Origin: Octopus sinensis | Lineage: Eukaryota | Direction: 5' to 3' | Length of the DNA stretch: 64,000 nucleotides | Assembly (NCBI RefSeq): GCF_006345805.1 | Contig: NC_043013.1 | Location: 4,464,001-4,528,000, forward strand | Shown: piece after piece, positions 23,822-37,395 of the stretch | Layout of the letters: each line of letters begins with the position of its first letter | Position numbering within the stretch: position 1 is the first letter of the stretch | Made by a program: the position numbers and the translations under genes | Notes under the pieces: model-generated | What the model saw: only the letters and a program-made list of their open reading frames with translations | Told to the model about the DNA's origin: nothing | The model's database searches: none

Positions 23822-24499
23822 TATAGTAAACTTTCTTAGTTTTTTTTTTTTTACTTTCCTGTGTGTTCCAGTTTATCAGCTTCATCTACACTTAGGTATA
23901 TCTATAAGTGGTTTTAGTCTCATTCTTTCATTTAACTACCTCTAATTTAATACTTTTAGCGCGAGTTAATTTATGTCTGCTTGTAGTGGCTTTGGCACAT
24001 TTATTTCATTACATACATATTTTTATAGCTGAATTCATGAAGAATATTTTAAGATTTCAAGATGGAAATATGTCTTGTAACTATTTTCATGCCTTACGTC
24101 TAGAAGAGATTAAGCTATCTACCCTGTATCAATAGCTCTAGGTTCAACTATTACGGGGTAACTAAACTATAAACTTAATTCGACCCAGGAGTGATTTTGC
24201 TTAACAGATTTATTAATGAAGTCAGAGACTGACAAAAAAATAGGGAGTGGATTTCCACGGAAGATTCTTCTTATGAGTATAGATATGATTTTATTTAAAG
24301 CATACATTTATTTTGATTTGTAATGATATTATTGTTTTTCATGTTGATAAGGTATAAATGATATATTTTATAAATACTAGTGGTTACATTTTTCACTTAC
24401 AGCGCCTCCAATATCCAGTGGTGTAGGACGCTATAAAGTGCCTTTTAATAATCAATCCAAATAATTCTCATCTCTGTTTTCGTCTTTTTACAATCTTCC

Positions 24500-24980
24500 A
24501 TGCAATTGCTTGGTTTCACCAGTAACTACTCTTTACAGATGAGCATTCTTTACGGCATCCTTTCTGCCCCTCTGATAATATATTATTGTTCTCCTGATGC
24601 CTAACCAATCTATTGTACAATATGGATGTAGAGTACTTATAGATGTTGTTGGCAAATATATTAGAGACGTATAATTTTGTGGTAGATTTACTGCAATTGT
24701 AGTTTTAAAATTTTGCTCATGGATGCCCCCTTCAGCATCAAGGAGATATTGTGCTTGATTTTCTTCTCAATTCATTGGATACTGCTGCCATGAGCAATGT
24801 TCAGATGCTTCATCCGGAAACAGGGGATCGTGTTACAACCACTTAGAATTCCCAATGGACTGGTGAGGAGTCTTGCCAGTTAAGGATTTTTTTACCAACT
24901 TTCCTTCTGATGATATCATTATTGTATTGTTTCTTGAGTTCTGCTTCAACTTTTGCTGCAGTCTGTCTATCTACCAGCGA
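24500..24980 (-). mobile_element. Highly decayed RTE-like APE endonuclease fragment
   Basis: QTAAKVEAELKKQYNNDII..., and TSLIYLPT resemble the APE N-terminus; many frameshifts. Confidence 0.4.
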
Positions 24981-25046
24981 TTATAGCGTTTTGTTAGTAT
25001 TCTCGTACAAACATTCTGTATTTTATAAAAGTACTGTGCTAGTACT

Positions 25047-25078
<32 letters not shown>

Positions 25079-25150
25079 CTTCTTCTTCTTCTTCTTCTTC
25101 TTCTTCTTCTTCTTCTTCTTCTTCTTCTTCTTCTTCTTCTTCTTCTTCTT
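25047..25150. repeat. (TTG)n(TTC)n microsatellite
   Basis: Direct reading. Confidence 0.95.
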
Positions 25151-25291
25151 CATTCTTATGGTTCAATCTACTCATATTTTTAAAATCATCTGTAATCTAT
25201 TAATGCATTATATATATATATATATATATATATACAAATACGTGAGTGTGTGTGAGTGTGTGTGTGTGTGTGTGTGCATCATATATATATG

Positions 25292-25322
<31 letters not shown>

Positions 25323-26171
25323 TAGTTGGCAAACCTAGAAGCGCATACACGCATATCTACACAATGCATGTATGTGTATGTGAGTGTGTGCGTGTGTGTG
25401 CATGTGTGTGTGCATGTGTGCGTGTGTGCGCGCGTGCGTATGTGTGAGCATGTGATTGTGTATAAAATATCACAGGCGCAGATAAATATAAACACAGAGT
25501 GACAGAAGCCAAAATCTAATGAACGCAGTCAAACTCCTTTTGAAGTTTCAGATTTCTCAGCGTGTGTAGCGGTCAAACGGCTGTGTTGTTTGCTCTATTA
25601 TATCTGGACTGATATCAGATCCTAAACTGTCAACAGACAGTGTGTTCCTCATTTTTTTTTTTTATAAAAGCTATAAATCCTAGTCTTTAGGAATGCGGGT
25701 GAACTATGAAATCAAAGAAGTGACAAAAAATATTATCCCTGCACAGACAGGAAATTATATTTTAATTAGGCAAAATCTAATTTAAAATTTCAAAAATTAA
25801 ACACTCTCGGATTAGCAAACATATGTATCTTTCCCTCCCTGCATATTTCTATGTATGTGTGTATATTTGTTTGTGTATGTGTGTGGTATTCATATAAATA
25901 TTTGATGCAAATATCTATTTATCTAGGACTAAGAAAGCCTTAAAAAAAGGCTAATGTAGCTGTAATTAACGTCCTTAAATTCAGTCTAATCTTCACAGTT
26001 ATAAAGAATATGATATAATATGATATTGATGCGAATAAAAAGTAATATTGCAAAACCCCCACCCTCTCAGCTATGTAGTATTTATATATAAACACTGATT
26101 CACTTTATTTGAGCTCATCACAATTAAACAACAAATGTGATACTTAGTATCGTCCATATGAAGAAAAAAAT

Positions 26172-26845
26172 TGGTTTCAAATTTTGGCCCAAGGCCAGCA
26201 ATTTGGGGACAGGGGATAAGTGGGTTACATCAACTCCAGTTCCCGACTGGTACCTATTCTATTGATTCCGAAGAGATGAAACGGAAAGTCGACCTTGGTA
26301 GAATTTGAACTCAGAGTATAAAGACGGACGAAATGCCGCTAAGTTCTTTTCCCGGCGTGCTACCGATTCTGCCAACTCGCCGCCTTCACGTAAAGAAATA
26401 CTACTGAATTCAGAAATAATCTTTTGTACTGTAGTCAAAAGGCCTGAAATTTTGGGGAAGGGGTTAATCAATTACATCAACCGTAGTACTTGACTGATAC
26501 TTATTTTATCGACGTAAAATGATGAAAAGCGAAGTCGACTTCGATGGAATTTAAACTCAGAACATAAAACCGGAATGAACGTTAAGTATTTTGTTCGATC
26601 CTGTTAGTTCGCCATCTTTGAATTTAGAAATATCGGCATCAAATTTGGGCACAAGGCCAGTAAATTCTGATGAAGGAGTAAATCGCTTACATCGACCCCA
26701 CTGCTCGACTGGTACTTATTTTATCGTCCCCTAAAGAAGAAAGGCAAAGTCGACCTCAGCGGCATTTGAATTCAGAACGTAAAGACGGACAAGACGCTGC
26801 TAAGCGTTTTTCCCGGTGTGCTAACGATTCTGCTGACTCATCACC
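26172..26845 (-). mobile_element. Three tandem SINE type B copies with alternative tail (26172-26384, 26430-26615, 26638-26845)
   Basis: Each has AAGTCGAC..ATTT(G/A)AA(C/T)TCAGA and an AAGGCC..AATT-type tail. Confidence 0.85.
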
Positions 26846-27432
26846 TTTAAATTTAGAAATATTGAACTGAATAGCAAGTAGTTCATTATTTTAAAGCTTA
26901 ATTCAGGTAGCAGGTTCAATTTTATGAAGGCACTGATAATTTTGTTCAAACTAGCATGTCGACTTTTCTTTTGGGTGTCATTGTTTTGAGTCTGACGACA
27001 TCGTCAATGAACGAATATAAAGGATTAGATAAAAATCAACTGACAGTGAAACAAGTAATCAAATCAAATAAAGTATGATCATGGCTGAAAGTGTATGCTG
27101 ACTTGTCAAAAGTTGATGAAACAGCGGAATGGAACATATTTCTTAAAATATCATTTCTATGTGAATTTGTTAATATATTTTTCTATATCGCCTTTGTAAT
27201 CTTTTACCATTATCTAAGTATTACTTCTGTCTGAATGTCACGTTATTTTGGCGTTATCAATGTGTTTCTGAATAGTAACTGATTTTTTTCTGCCTTGGAT
27301 GCTGGTTATTGATTCAAGCTCTCTACTTTTGTACAATTCCTCAAATATCTAAGAAGTGCATTATAGAGTGAATAAGAGCTCTGGCAGGCAGGTAAGAGTT
27401 TCTAAGATAAAGCTGGCAGCTAAGAGGCAAGT

Positions 27433-27465
<33 letters not shown>

Positions 27466-27702
27466 TATATATATCTACGAGTCTGAAAATGCTATGGAAA
27501 TATTGCATAAGAATAGCATTGCAAAACCTAGAATATGAACAAAGAATTGCTAAATGGAAACCAATGATTTCAAAAGCTAATAAGATCGAGCTTAAGGAAT
27601 TCTGCAACAAGAAAGACAAGTTTTCATCGTCAAGAATATAGTCTAACGAAAGCGAATTCTATCAGTTTTCCAATTAAAGGCATATATATATATATATATA
27701 TA

Positions 27703-27963
27703 TTAAATTAGAGATAAAACCACTATTAGGCAAATCAAACAGTGAAAAACATAAACCAAAACATAGAAATAAAATAATATAATATACAAAATATATAAAA
27801 TATAAAATTCAAAATTTAAATTAATTAAATTTAAACTTAAAATTTAAAATAAAAATTTAAATATTAATTTATACTTATAAATTTATATATATATATATAT
27901 TTTTTTATTATATTTATTTTTATTATTTTTTTATTTTTATTTTTATTTATACTTTTATTTTTA

Positions 27964-27995
<32 letters not shown>

Positions 27996-28000
27996 TACTT

Positions 28001-28048
<48 letters not shown>

Positions 28049-29114
28049 CTATCAAAAAGTATTAAAAAGTTTAATATAAGATAAAAAGTAAAACCACTAC
28101 GATCGTTTCATGCCCATAACCTAATTCGAATAACAATAATTTAAATTCAACTAATAATTCGAATTATGGTATAGTCAATCTTCAGGTTAATGATAATATT
28201 TAAATAAATAATCAAATATGTTTAAACAATGTTTTAACAAGAAATAAATAAAATAATAATTTTTCTTATAAAAGACTCTATTATCAAACTAGAAAACTTT
28301 AACGATTATGATTATGTCATACAATCGATTATAATGTTAAATATTAATTTTTAAGTATTAATTTTTAAGGTAAGAATATATAGAAAATGTATTTATCTAT
28401 TCAGATATAATATGGCTTTAAAAAAACATTAAAAAAACATAATAAACCCACAAAAAACCTAATCTCAGTTATAGTCAATATCTAATTACTTAAAAATTTA
28501 ACAAAAAGAACCTCACTATTCATATTATTAAATTTAATTTCAAGTCAAATAATTATATAATATTTGAATAATAACTAAATTATCAATGAATATATATAAA
28601 TATATACAAATATAAGAATTAAGATCTAAAATTATCTCTATCAATAAATATATATGCACGTATAATAAAGACCTAATAAATTAATTATTCATTATTACTT
28701 ATAAATATATTAAAAGATAAAATATGAAAAAGCTAATTGTAAACAAACAAACTATCTTAAAAGAACGCTATAACTAATTAACGATCCATATATCTCATTG
28801 GCTAATTAATAATTTATAAAAACCGTATAGTTAAGACCAAAAATGAAATAAATACTTAACGAAATAATCAATCCGTAGTTATATAGTATTCAATATATAC
28901 TACGAATATATTTATCAATGGAAAAAATACTACTACCAATTATCAATTGAATATATAAGTTATAATAACAATTATAAAATATTTAAAATAACTATCAACA
29001 AATATAGTTATTAAAGACTAAAATTTATGCTATCAATACATGCATATACATGAAACCTAACTTTAAAAAAACTGTTAAAAAAACTGTTAACGATTTATAT
29101 ATCTCTTTGGCTAA
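27703..29114 (-). mobile_element. Extremely AT-rich non-coding element with internal direct repeats and an HHR motif (probable PLE terminal region)
   Basis: Starts in (TA)n; TAACGATYYATATATCTCWTTGGCTAA repeated at about 28779 and 29088; HHR at 28096-28187. Confidence 0.5.
28096..28187 (-). ncRNA. Type I HHR motif with very long stem II
   Basis: AC-CTGAAGA-T-TGACTATACCATAATTCGAAT..ATTCGAATTAGGTTATGGGCA-T-GAAA-CGATCG-TA-GT. Confidence 0.65.
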
Positions 29115-29340
29115 GCGTCGTGAGACGCTGAACGGAAGGACCGGTTAAATTTCTCGGGGTCTGGTTTGGTCTGGACCTTCGGATGGACAAGAGGCGGGAG
29201 GAGATGACGAGCAGGGTGGTTAGTCTCACCTATAAATGAGCAGAAAGAAAACTGTTCGTGAAGGATCGGGCGGAGGGCCGTTGTTGACTATGCGCTTTCT
29301 CGATTGCGCCCCTTTCCATCTTATGATATTCCTAGTATGG
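29115..29340 (+). mobile_element. Tx1/L1-clade RT fragment
   Basis: GPVKFLGVWFGLDLRMDKRREEMTSRVVSLTYK*AERKLFVKDRAE. Confidence 0.7.
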
Positions 29341-29524
29341 ATCTTTGCAGGGCCCTTTGCATCGTAGCAAATCTATGTTCTTCCCCTTTGTCACGTCACA
29401 CTGGTGCATAACAGCTCTCGCATGATGGTGCTATTCAAGGGTCTGGCACGTAAGGCCTTGTTCAGCTGTGCTTTGAACATATCATTTACCTAGGTAAATA
29501 GGTTTCTCTAAGGACTACGGTATA

Positions 29525-30425
29525 ATTCATTCTTTTATTGACCACAAGAGCTTACATAAAACAACTTAGAAAGACATAACAGGACGACACAACGGGTTTT
29601 AAAAACGTGTAACCAAAAATAACAATCAAAATTAAACAAATGAAATTCCTAATTAGGAGAGGCGCTTTAAGTTTACTCGTGGAAAACCCCACAAAGGCCA
29701 CGGGTGCTTGACGAACAAGGCAATAGACCTTTTATTTTTCACAGGCGCATGCTCAAAATGGATACTTTCACACTGGCCATTCTTCCGACATTCACCCATC
29801 TTTCAACAAATTTGTCAGAAGGCAACACTTCCCTCTCCACTCTTACTTTCCTTTTCAAGTGAAACTTGAAAAGGTTTATGAGGGTTTGGCCAAAGAGGAA
29901 AGTGTCTGTCTTTAGCCCTTTCAAGCGTGTCCACCTCACTACCACTTTCGCTACAGCCACCAGACAAAGAAAAATTGCCAGTCCCTCCCGGCCAAACGAG
30001 AATGACGGGGCAATCTTCACAATGGATTCAGCTGGTAGCCGGATCCGTCCTACAGGCGAGAGCAGGTGTTCGACATAAACCCACAGGTCAGCAATGCTCG
30101 GGCACTGGACGAGTGCATGCAGAACGGTTTCGTCGCTCTGCACGAACCTGGAGCAGGCTCGGCTGACGGCACTTCCGTGCCTATAAAGTTTATCCCGAAC
30201 GGGCTGCACCCCTCGATAGCACTGCCAGGCGAGGGGTTTCTGGAAGTTGTCCATTAGCCCCGACCCGAAAGTCCTCCTGAACAGACCGGTGAGTTGATCC
30301 TCGTCGATGCCCACGTCGTCGAACTACCACCGACCACATTGCCCGCCTAGCGGAGGACTATGAGCGCTTGACGGCACTCGAGGTGCCAAGCGCCCCTCCT
30401 CGGTCTACGCCCAATCCAGAATAAG
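29525..30425 (-). mobile_element. Tx1/L1-clade LINE 3' end (zf-RVT region)
   Basis: AWQCYRGVQPVRDKLYRHGSAVSRACSRFVQSDETVLHALVQCP; 3' UTR ends AATAAAA-GAATGAAT. Confidence 0.85.
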
Positions 30426-30429
30426 AACT

Positions 30430-30608
30430 ACAGTATAATGGAATCATATATTCACTGTATCGCAGCTTATAGCACGAGCGAAAGAATACAGCCTGCCTCT
30501 GCGAATCGCTTTCGTCGACTACGAAAAGGCCTTCCATAGCGTCGAGATAAAAGCAATGTTGAAAGCTCTGGAAATGTTAGGAGTCAAGGCGCAAATCACC
30601 AAAGTACT
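30430..30608 (+). mobile_element. RTE-clade RT fragment
   Basis: HIFTVSQLIARAKEYSLPLRIAFVDYEKAFHSVEIKAMLKALEMLGV. Confidence 0.85.
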
Positions 30609-30640
<32 letters not shown>

Positions 30641-31971
30641 ACACACACACACACGCACACACAAACACACACGCACGCATTCACTCACTCACTCATTCAC
30701 TCACACACACACCTTTACATATATGCCTTATTCTCGTGTGTATGAAAACCAGCGTATATATTACTGATTTTATGCAAACACATATTCATAAGAAAATACT
30801 GTAGCCGTATTAAGTCGAATCGGAGTCAACAAATCCCATTATTATATCCACGTTTCCTCCTTCATCAATTATTAGTTTGTTTTTATTCCTTTTTTCTTAT
30901 CGTTTTTTTTTTTTTTACGGTCAGTGTGCATCTAGAAAATGTTACCAAATAGGCCACCGTGTCTATAATTCTATCTTGCTCTATCAGTGTGTCAATCAGA
31001 TCTATTTTAGATTCAATTTCCTTCTGTCTTCCCCCACTTTATTACCTTTTACTCTTGACTTTCCTCTCCGTGACTTATTTGCACACTCTTTTACTTTCCT
31101 CGTTCCGTGTCGCTCCACTTATCGCCCTGTTTAAATCTTAATTGTCAGATGCCGAGGATAAAACTTAATAAAGACATAGGTTATGCCTGACGAATAATGC
31201 AGATGATAAATCTCCTTTAAATTATATCGTGAGACTTTCTCGTGTCAACTTCACCATCACACACACTGTTAGAGCCGCCTCTGCCCACCGCTCAAACTTC
31301 TAGAAGTAAGGTAACTCTACTATCACTGCTACTATTAGCACTATCATCAACGCCGCCGCCGCCACCACCACCACAAGCACACTACCACCACCACTACCCT
31401 CATTACTTCTACTACAACCTACAGTCCTAATAATAGCAACTGCCATTATTTCTACATTTACTATCATTACAAGCACAGACGTTCACTCAATTAATGAAGC
31501 ATTTCCCTTTGCGAACGCTTGTTTTCCATTATCAATTTGACTCCGAGTATAGACTTTTGCCACTCACTAACACAACCTCTAGATTTATTTTCACCCATCC
31601 AGTATGATTAGGAATATTGCCATTTTTACTATTCAAATATTGCCTTCCTGTACACCTGCTGTTTTCATTATCTGCGTTATCAATAAATTATTAAGAGTAA
31701 ATCTAGCCACTTACTGAAATAAGAAGCCTAAGTGTTTTTGTTTTTTTTTGGGGGGGGTTGTTCCCTGCAAACATTCTCTGGCTATACTTAGTGATCATAT
31801 ATATATAAAGATTTCCAACAGTGTTCTAGGTCAATTAATGATCCCTGTGGAACTCATAGCTACAGAAATCGTCTCCTTAAGGAGTACTAACCGAATGTCC
31901 CAATGTAGAGCTATATTCTATTCATTTAATTATGTTTCACATAATCAGCTGCTAAAAACAACTACAAATTA

Positions 31972-32965
31972 CACTGGTCAACACATATTTTCTGGAACAA
32001 AGTTTATGAATGGACTTTAGCTAATTTTGGGGTGTTGAATCCAAATTCGGCATCAGATTTTGTCTATCACATCAGATTTTTGAGACATAAAATCTCTTAG
32101 TTTTGTTAGAAACAGCTGTTTAATGTTCATAAAGGAAGAATTAAATATGCATTGATGTGTAATTTTTAATAGACAATGTCTTTTGTTTTATCTAATAAAT
32201 CAAAACACAAAATTGTGGAAGTAAATGCACATTAGCATGTAAGAATTAAGGTTAGTTATAACAAAATATGAATCCAAAATCTCTCATTATGCTCCAGCAG
32301 TAATCTGCCATCATGTTTAAGTCCCATCAGCTTTGATAGCGCTCTTCGATTACATTTACATCTTGATGAAAGTGTTCACCTTGATCTTCGCTAATATCAC
32401 CCAGGTTCTCCGGAAACTCACCCTGTGTAAGTTATGCAATTTCATGTTCATTCAACAGCCAAGTGCTTGAGAACTCAAGAGCAGTTCCTCCACAATCTCT
32501 CGTTAGTTGTCAGCTTTCCTGTTCCCAAGGAAACTCCACAGCACATCAAAGAAGGCATTCCAAGCTCTAGCCTCCACCGCACTCATTATTGTAACAACAT
32601 GTGGATCCCTTAGGAGTGTTCTTATTTGAGGTCCATCCAATATTCCTGTCTTATTTTCGTCACTGAGACTTGGAAAGGTTGTACATATATATCTGAGGCA
32701 GTCTTGACTGTGATCAAGAGCTTTGATGAATTCTTTCCTCACACCACGTTTTAACACAGGTTTTGCAAACTTTGGGGGAAGCCTAGGTTTTGTCCTGGTC
32801 TCCAAGTGTTACTTTAATGTAAGCAAGATACACCTTCTTGACAAAGTTATTTATGCTGCACCTTTGAGCCTGTGGAGTGAAGTTTCCACAGACGCAACAG
32901 AAGATATCGGGGTCATTACAGCACATCATTCTTTTTTATGTTGTATCGATAACTAGATCACAGTG
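31972..32965 (-). mobile_element. Chapaev3-like (CMC) DNA transposon, internally deleted
   Basis: N-terminal CCNDPDIFCCVCG..GDQDK..VCKTC joined to KEFIKALD..DGPQIR..FLGNRKADN..FPENLGDISEDQGEHFHQD..MMADYCW; CACTG terminus at 31972. Confidence 0.8.
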
Positions 32966-33150
32966 GTTCAGTTAACACCTGAAATGAAGAGGAAGGGCTT
33001 CGAAATAAAACTCAGTTGGAGTAAAACTCAGTTGGAACATATTCGATTCGAAATTAGCATGACAATCCAGCCAAAGTTCTCGGAAGCAGTGGTGTAAAGT
33101 TAACTTTTGATATGCTACAGGTAAATAAGTAGTAAATAGTAAATAGTAAA

Positions 33151-33296
<146 letters not shown>

Positions 33297-35040
33297 GGCA
33301 TCCGTCGGTCTCGAGAGGCCCTAGATGTGCACCCGAAGAAATCGTGTCAGCTACTGATAGTGGTGCAGCGTCTATTGTGGAAGGCCCACAGGAGAGTGGT
33401 AGTCACGCATACAGCGACTGCATTTGGAGTTCTCTGCCAGCGCTACTAGTTCTTCCTTCAGTCGAGTGCGCTTTTCTTTGGTGGCGAGTGCTTGTTTTTC
33501 TTCCGCTTGCTTCATCCCCTTGTGCAGTATTTGTCTTCAGTGTGGGCGATCATTTCAAACCTCCTCCTACCTCAGAACATCCAGACCAAGTGACTTCGTA
33601 TCCCTCTTACAGGTGTCCTTGAAACGAAGATGAAGTTGTCCTCATCCTCTTGTGCCGATAACCAGTTCCCCATACAGGAGGTCTTTTGGGAGACTTCCGT
33701 CCGGCATGCGACGTACTTGACCGAGCCAGCGCAAACGAAGTTGCTGAAACAGGATGAGTAAGCCTTTGTGAGGTCGATGAAGCTGATAAAGAGTGGTTTC
33801 CTTTGCTCTCGGTATTTCTGTCGCTGCCGAAGAGAGAAGAGCGTGACGATGGTAAAGCGTTCTGATCTGAAACCGTACTGAGATTCGGGGAATACTCTCT
33901 CAACGATTTTCTGTTTAGTGCCACGTGGGAAAAGACTTTCCTAACGATGCTTAACAGCGGGATGCCTCGGTAATTTTTGCAGTCGCTTTTGTCCCCTTTA
34001 TTCTTATATAAGATGACAATGTTGCAGTCTCTCATGTCTTCTAGGACTGATCCCTCCTCCCAGAACTGACACAGTAGCTTCAGCAAGTGGCTAAGTAGAA
34101 CTCTCCTTGCACATCTGAAGATCTCTGGGGGATGCCGTCCAAATCCGGTGCTTTTCCAGCGGGCAAGCTATCAATGGCTTGGCTCAGTTTTTCAGAAGTT
34201 GGCAGATCCTCCATGACAGGTAGGTGTTCCACGGTGTCTAGCACAAAGTCCGAGATGCTGTTTTCCTTTGCGTAAAGTTCGGAATAATGTTTCACTTTTC
34301 TCTCCAGCCGCTCTCTTTCGCCTTTGATAACTTACCGTGTTCTGGATTTAAGTGGGGCTATCTTGCTCTGGGTTGGGCCGGTGGCTTTCTTGAGACCCTC
34401 ATACACACCACGAATGTTGCCCGCGTCAAACGACAGTTGGATATCTACACAGTTGTAAGCAGCAGCCATTTGCACACCATCTCACTCTCTTCTGTCTGTT
34501 GTTCTTTGCTGATCTCAGTGCTTCCAGCGTTGCCCTGGTGGGTTGCTGATGTGCTTCAGCAGGGCAGCACGCTTCTCTTCCAGGGGGGGGGTATTAAGTT
34601 CTTTCACATTTGCCTCAAACCAGTCATGTGTCATTTTCCTTCTCCTCCCAAAGTCCCTCGGTGCAGTGCTATGGATGATGTCCCCGAGAAAGTTCCATCT
34701 CTGCTTAACATTGCCTTCCGGCAAGGAAGGCGTCTTCCAATATCTTGAGGAATGCATTTGTCTTAGCAGTTGGGCTGCGGTAGCATGGATTCGCTGCTTG
34801 CCTGGGGGCTTGCTGTGTGCAGCATTTTGGGCTGGAATTTAAGATTGCAGCAAACTGGGGTGTCGCAGTCAGTGCTCTGAATATGCCGAGTCAGGAGGGC
34901 ATTACTCATGTGGAGACCCTGTGTTGAGCCTGGAGGTAGGTGTTGGTGACATATAGTGCATGAAACATGCAGAGCTCAGGCAGCCGTTGCGCATTTGTAT
35001 TCATGTTGCCAATCCCGTACCGACCCAGGCACCCTATCCT
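33297..35040 (-). mobile_element. RTE/BovB-like LINE, decayed, RT largely deleted
   Basis: FGRRRKMTHDWFEAN, AIDSLPAGKAPDLDGIP, DMRDCNIVILYKNKGDKSDCKNYRGIPLLSIVRKVF; APE remnant at the 5' end. Confidence 0.92.
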
Positions 35041-35069
35041 GTGAGGCACAATGGCCTATCCTCTCCAGG

Positions 35070-35183
35070 AAAGGATTAAAAGCAAAGTCGACCTCGGCAG
35101 AATTCGAACTCAGAACATAAAGACAGGCGAAATACTGCTAAGACTTCCTCTGGCGTGCTAACGTTTCTGCCAGCTCATCGGCT
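35070..35183 (-). mobile_element. SINE type B head fragment
   Basis: Homologous to 8866-9092. Confidence 0.85.
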
Positions 35184-35462
35184 TCCACGTAAGAAACATT
35201 ACGTTCCCCTACCTCACATCCATGAACGCTTCTCTCTCCCTCTTTTTCGTTTTCCCTCTTTTTGTCTCACTCTTCACCTTGTCCTCTTTTTCTCACTCCT
35301 TTTTCTTACTCCTTTCTGTCCCTTCAACTAATCACATGGAAGTAACGTAATGACAAACAGAATTATTATAAGATTATTATGTCTGAATCTAGCGGAGAGA
35401 AAAGAGATTAAGCTTTCTGTTGAAAGTTTAAAGATTATGCACTATAATATATAATATATATA

Positions 35463-35505
<43 letters not shown>

Positions 35506-36668
35506 TATATCTAATATATATATATATATATAAAGTATATAAATGTGCGTGTACGTGCGTGCATGCAATGTGGTGGCGTTCAAATTGTATATACACATCT
35601 ATATAAATACGAACATAAACGCAAACATAGATTTAGCAAGAAATATACGTATATATTTACACAGAGACATACCCCTTTACACTTCAAGATACGTAAGTTT
35701 GTTAATAGATAAAGCGTCCAACGTTTCGAAACACTTAAGAAGAAACCACTGACAATTTTTCTCAACCACTGACAATTTATGTTATCCACATTGAAGACAT
35801 ATAAGCTGTTGGAAGCTAACTCAAATACTAACTCTAGTTTATCCGCAGGCGGCCATCTTTTCAGGCGAGATCATAAATATGAAAATCATAGTTAGAGTCG
35901 GCTATAAAAAATGACAACATAAATTCCAAGCCATTCTGTCACATTAACGAATAAAATAGCAACATTTAATGGCTGGTTACCTCTTGCGTGTCGAATGGGA
36001 AACCAAAATAAAATTCGTGTGTTTTTAGTTCTTTTTTGTTTATTTACCACACCCTATGTTGTTTCTTTCGACATACCGCAAATGAAAAGTCCACACACCC
36101 ATCCTTTCGACCATTTTCTACCCCTTCTTCTTTCCCTTCATGTAGTGAACGTACTGACGCAGACAACTGACTTTTGCACTTGGAAGTTAACTGGTGTAAC
36201 CAGAAAATATATCCACCCCATCAACAAACAATTCGGTTGCATTTATCATCGGGTAATATGAGACAGAATTTTATTGTGCTCCTAGTTCAAATGGGAAGTA
36301 ACGGTGACATGGTGATGATAGATATAAAATATATTTTTAAACCCATACCTTTTAAAAAGACAATCAGAATAGATAGGCATTGACTGAAATTATAAGTCAT
36401 TGAGAATTACTGGGTATCTGTGAGAGTACACTTAAATATTGGTTTTAAAAAGTCAATTGGGAGACGCATCAAAAATCTTTTCAAAACCAATGAAGTATAA
36501 ATGTGAAAGTAAATATATAAATAACATATAAATATTATAAACGAGGGGAAAATCCATGCAGTTTTCGATTTGGTTGTTGTCAACTTTTATCTTTCATACA
36601 GCCTCATCAAACAAACCTAACCGTGACCATCCCGAACTTAATTTTACAACTTCTGCCAGCACATGAAA

Positions 36669-36703
<35 letters not shown>

Positions 36704-36895
36704 AGTAAGGTCGTTTGCAGCCCTGCGGTAGATGTTGTATCGCTTATAGATGCTCTACAAGAACGGATCCTCAAGGACACTTTATTGTATCAAGTTACAG
36801 ATAACTCTGTCTCCGTATATATATATATAAAATATATTATATACATATACGTATCTATCTATCGATCTCTCTCTCTTCTCTCTCTCTCTCTCTCT

Positions 36896-36963
<68 letters not shown>

Positions 36964-36967
<4 letters not shown>

Positions 36968-37095
36968 GGTATGTAGAAAAATACAACATGGACAAGAACG
37001 TATAACTCTTAGAAGACGATACAATAACACGGACAGGACATTCGAAACCCTCAGTCTTCAGTCAAGAACCGGATCATCGTAGTAATTTCGGCTGA
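36964..37095 (-). mobile_element. (TA)n-embedded short element with CTGAAGA and GAAA motifs
   Basis: Homologous to 18607-18740. Confidence 0.8.
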
Positions 37096-37127
37096 TATAT
37101 ATATATATATGTATGTATGTATATATG

Positions 37128-37160
<33 letters not shown>

Positions 37161-37215
37161 GTATCTATATATACATATATATATAATAATATAACACACA
37201 TATATATACATGTAT

Positions 37216-37263
<48 letters not shown>

Positions 37264-37395
37264 TATATATATATATATATATATCTATATATATATATAT
37301 ATATTATAAAGGAAAGTTTACGAAAATAACAAAGACGAAGGCAGGTGGAGTACAAACAAATAATGTATTAGTATATATATGTATATATATATATA

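Noticed and set aside
9459-23826. Recurring peptide RRASFSFRLPNPLTRLWSARGYSRRHLPK in many ORFs, resembling a gene family
   Set aside because: It is a chance reading frame of the SINE type A head.
27703-29114. Possible NUMT or mitochondrial control region because of extreme AT content
   Set aside because: No recognisable mitochondrial tRNA, rRNA or protein motif; a repeat element explains it better.
29115-30425. Twin-priming inversion of one Tx1/L1 copy
   Set aside because: The inverted fragment lies beyond the 3' end rather than at the 5' end, so two separate fragments are more plausible.
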